Below, piece after piece: positions 63,040 to 64,000 of a stretch of 64,000 nucleotides of DNA; position 1 is the stretch's first letter, and every line of letters begins with the position of its first letter. The notes under the pieces were generated by a model. That model was not told where the DNA came from, did no database searches, and saw only the letters and a list, made by a program, of their open reading frames with translations. Source of the stretch: an uncultured beta proteobacterium (GTDB lineage Bacteria > Pseudomonadota > Gammaproteobacteria > Burkholderiales > Burkholderiaceae_C); NCBI GenBank assembly GCA_903828235.1, contig CAIKLM010000148.1, positions 5,903-69,902 of the forward strand, written 5' to 3'. The translations under genes were made by a program, and so were the position numbers.

Positions 63040-64000
63040 ATGGGTTTGCTGAGTATGGCGATCTGGCTGCCGGTGGCCTTCGGGGCACTGCTGCTGGCCG
63101 TCGGCCGCGACGAGAACGCGCGGGTGGTGCGGGCGCTGGCGCTGGTGGGCGCGGTGGCCTCGTTCGTGGTGACGCTGCCGCTGATCGCGGGCTTCGACAA
63201 CGCCAGCGCCGGCATGCAGTTCGTCGAGAAGATGCCCTGGATCGAGCGCTTCAACGTGCACTACCACCTGGGCGTCGACGGCCTGAGCCTGTGGTTCGTG
63301 CCGCTGACGGCCTTCATCACCATCATCGTCGTCATCGCCGGCTGGGAGGTGATCCAGGAGCGCGTGGCCCAGTACATGGGCGCCTTCCTCATCCTCAGCG
63401 GCCTGATGATCGGCGTGTTCTCGGCACTCGATGGCCTGCTGTTCTACGTGTTCTTCGAGGCCACGCTGATCCCGATGTACATCATCATCGGCGTCTGGGG
63501 CGGGCCCAACCGCGTCTACGCGGCGTTCAAGTTCTTCCTGTACACGCTGCTCGGCTCGCTGCTGATGCTGATCGCGCTGGTGTACCTGTACTTCAAGAGC
63601 GGCGGCAGCTTCGACATCCTGGCCTGGCACAAGCTGCCGCTGCCGCTGGACGCGCAGACGCTGCTGTTCTTCGCGTTCTTCGCGGCCTTCGCGGTGAAGG
63701 TGCCGATGTGGCCCGTGCACACCTGGCTGCCCGATGCCCACGTCGAGGCGCCCACCGGCGGCTCGGTGGTGCTGGCGGCCATCATGCTCAAGCTCGGCGC
63801 CTACGGCTTCCTGCGCTTCAGCCTGCCGATCGCGCCCGACGCCGCGCGCGAGTTCGACTGGTTCGTCATCACGCTCAGCCTGGTGGCGGTGCTGTACATC
63901 GGCCTCGTGGCGCTGGTGCAGCAGGACATGAAGAAGCTCGTGGCCTACAGCTCCATCGCGCACATGGGCTTCGTCACCCTGGGCTTCTTCATGTTCAACG
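63040..64000 (+). CDS. nuoM: NADH-quinone oxidoreductase subunit M (3' truncated by the window)
   Basis: GVDGLS, FFEATLIPM, KVPMWPVHTWLPDAHVEAPT, VAYSSIAHMG. Confidence 0.95.
   Translation, partial: MGLLSMAIWLPVAFGALLLAVGRDENARVVRALALVGAVASFVVTLPLIAGFDNASAGMQFVEKMPWIERFNVHYHLGVDGLSLWFVPLTAFITIIVVIAGWEVIQERVAQYMGAFLILSGLMIGVFSALDGLLFYVFFEATLIPMYIIIGVWGGPNRVYAAFKFFLYTLLGSLLMLIALVYLYFKSGGSFDILAWHKLPLPLDAQTLLFFAFFAAFAVKVPMWPVHTWLPDAHVEAPTGGSVVLAAIMLKLGAYGFLRFSLPIAPDAAREFDWFVITLSLVAVLYIGLVALVQQDMKKLVAYSSIAHMGFVTLGFFMFN

Overview
Very GC-rich chromosomal window from a betaproteobacterium. Gene order and protein style suggest Burkholderiales, Rubrivivax/Ideonella-like (inference). Bases 1-13.2 kb hold the main accessory locus, a predicted beta-1,3-glucan utilisation system. 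It encodes a LacI repressor (5' truncated), a GH1 beta-glucosidase, a GPH-type MFS transporter, a GH17-like lipoprotein with a CBM-like tail, an unclassified porin-like beta-barrel, a secreted GH81 endo-glucanase, and a multidomain lipoprotein (Ig-like domain, two ~97% identical tandem modules, Cys-containing C-terminal domain). Four identical 17-bp LacI-type operators tie the locus together. The rest is mostly housekeeping: suhB-trmJ-cysE, a GGDEF-EAL protein, mog-yjgA-pmbA, a TRAP transporter, yqeY-rpsU, a PAS protein with a degenerate GGDEF, EVE-6S RNA-zapA, nth-rsxB-phaZ-tyrB, uvrB-PTP-iscRSUA-GNAT-hscBA-fdx, tsaD, hsp20, an ABC binding protein and an aminotransferase, rpsO-pnp, qor-tpiA-secG-tRNA-Leu, and nuoA-M (nuoM cut by the window edge). 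I saw no mobile elements, CRISPR arrays or prophage. Family calls come from motif recognition only, with no database searches. Start codons were re-picked by eye.
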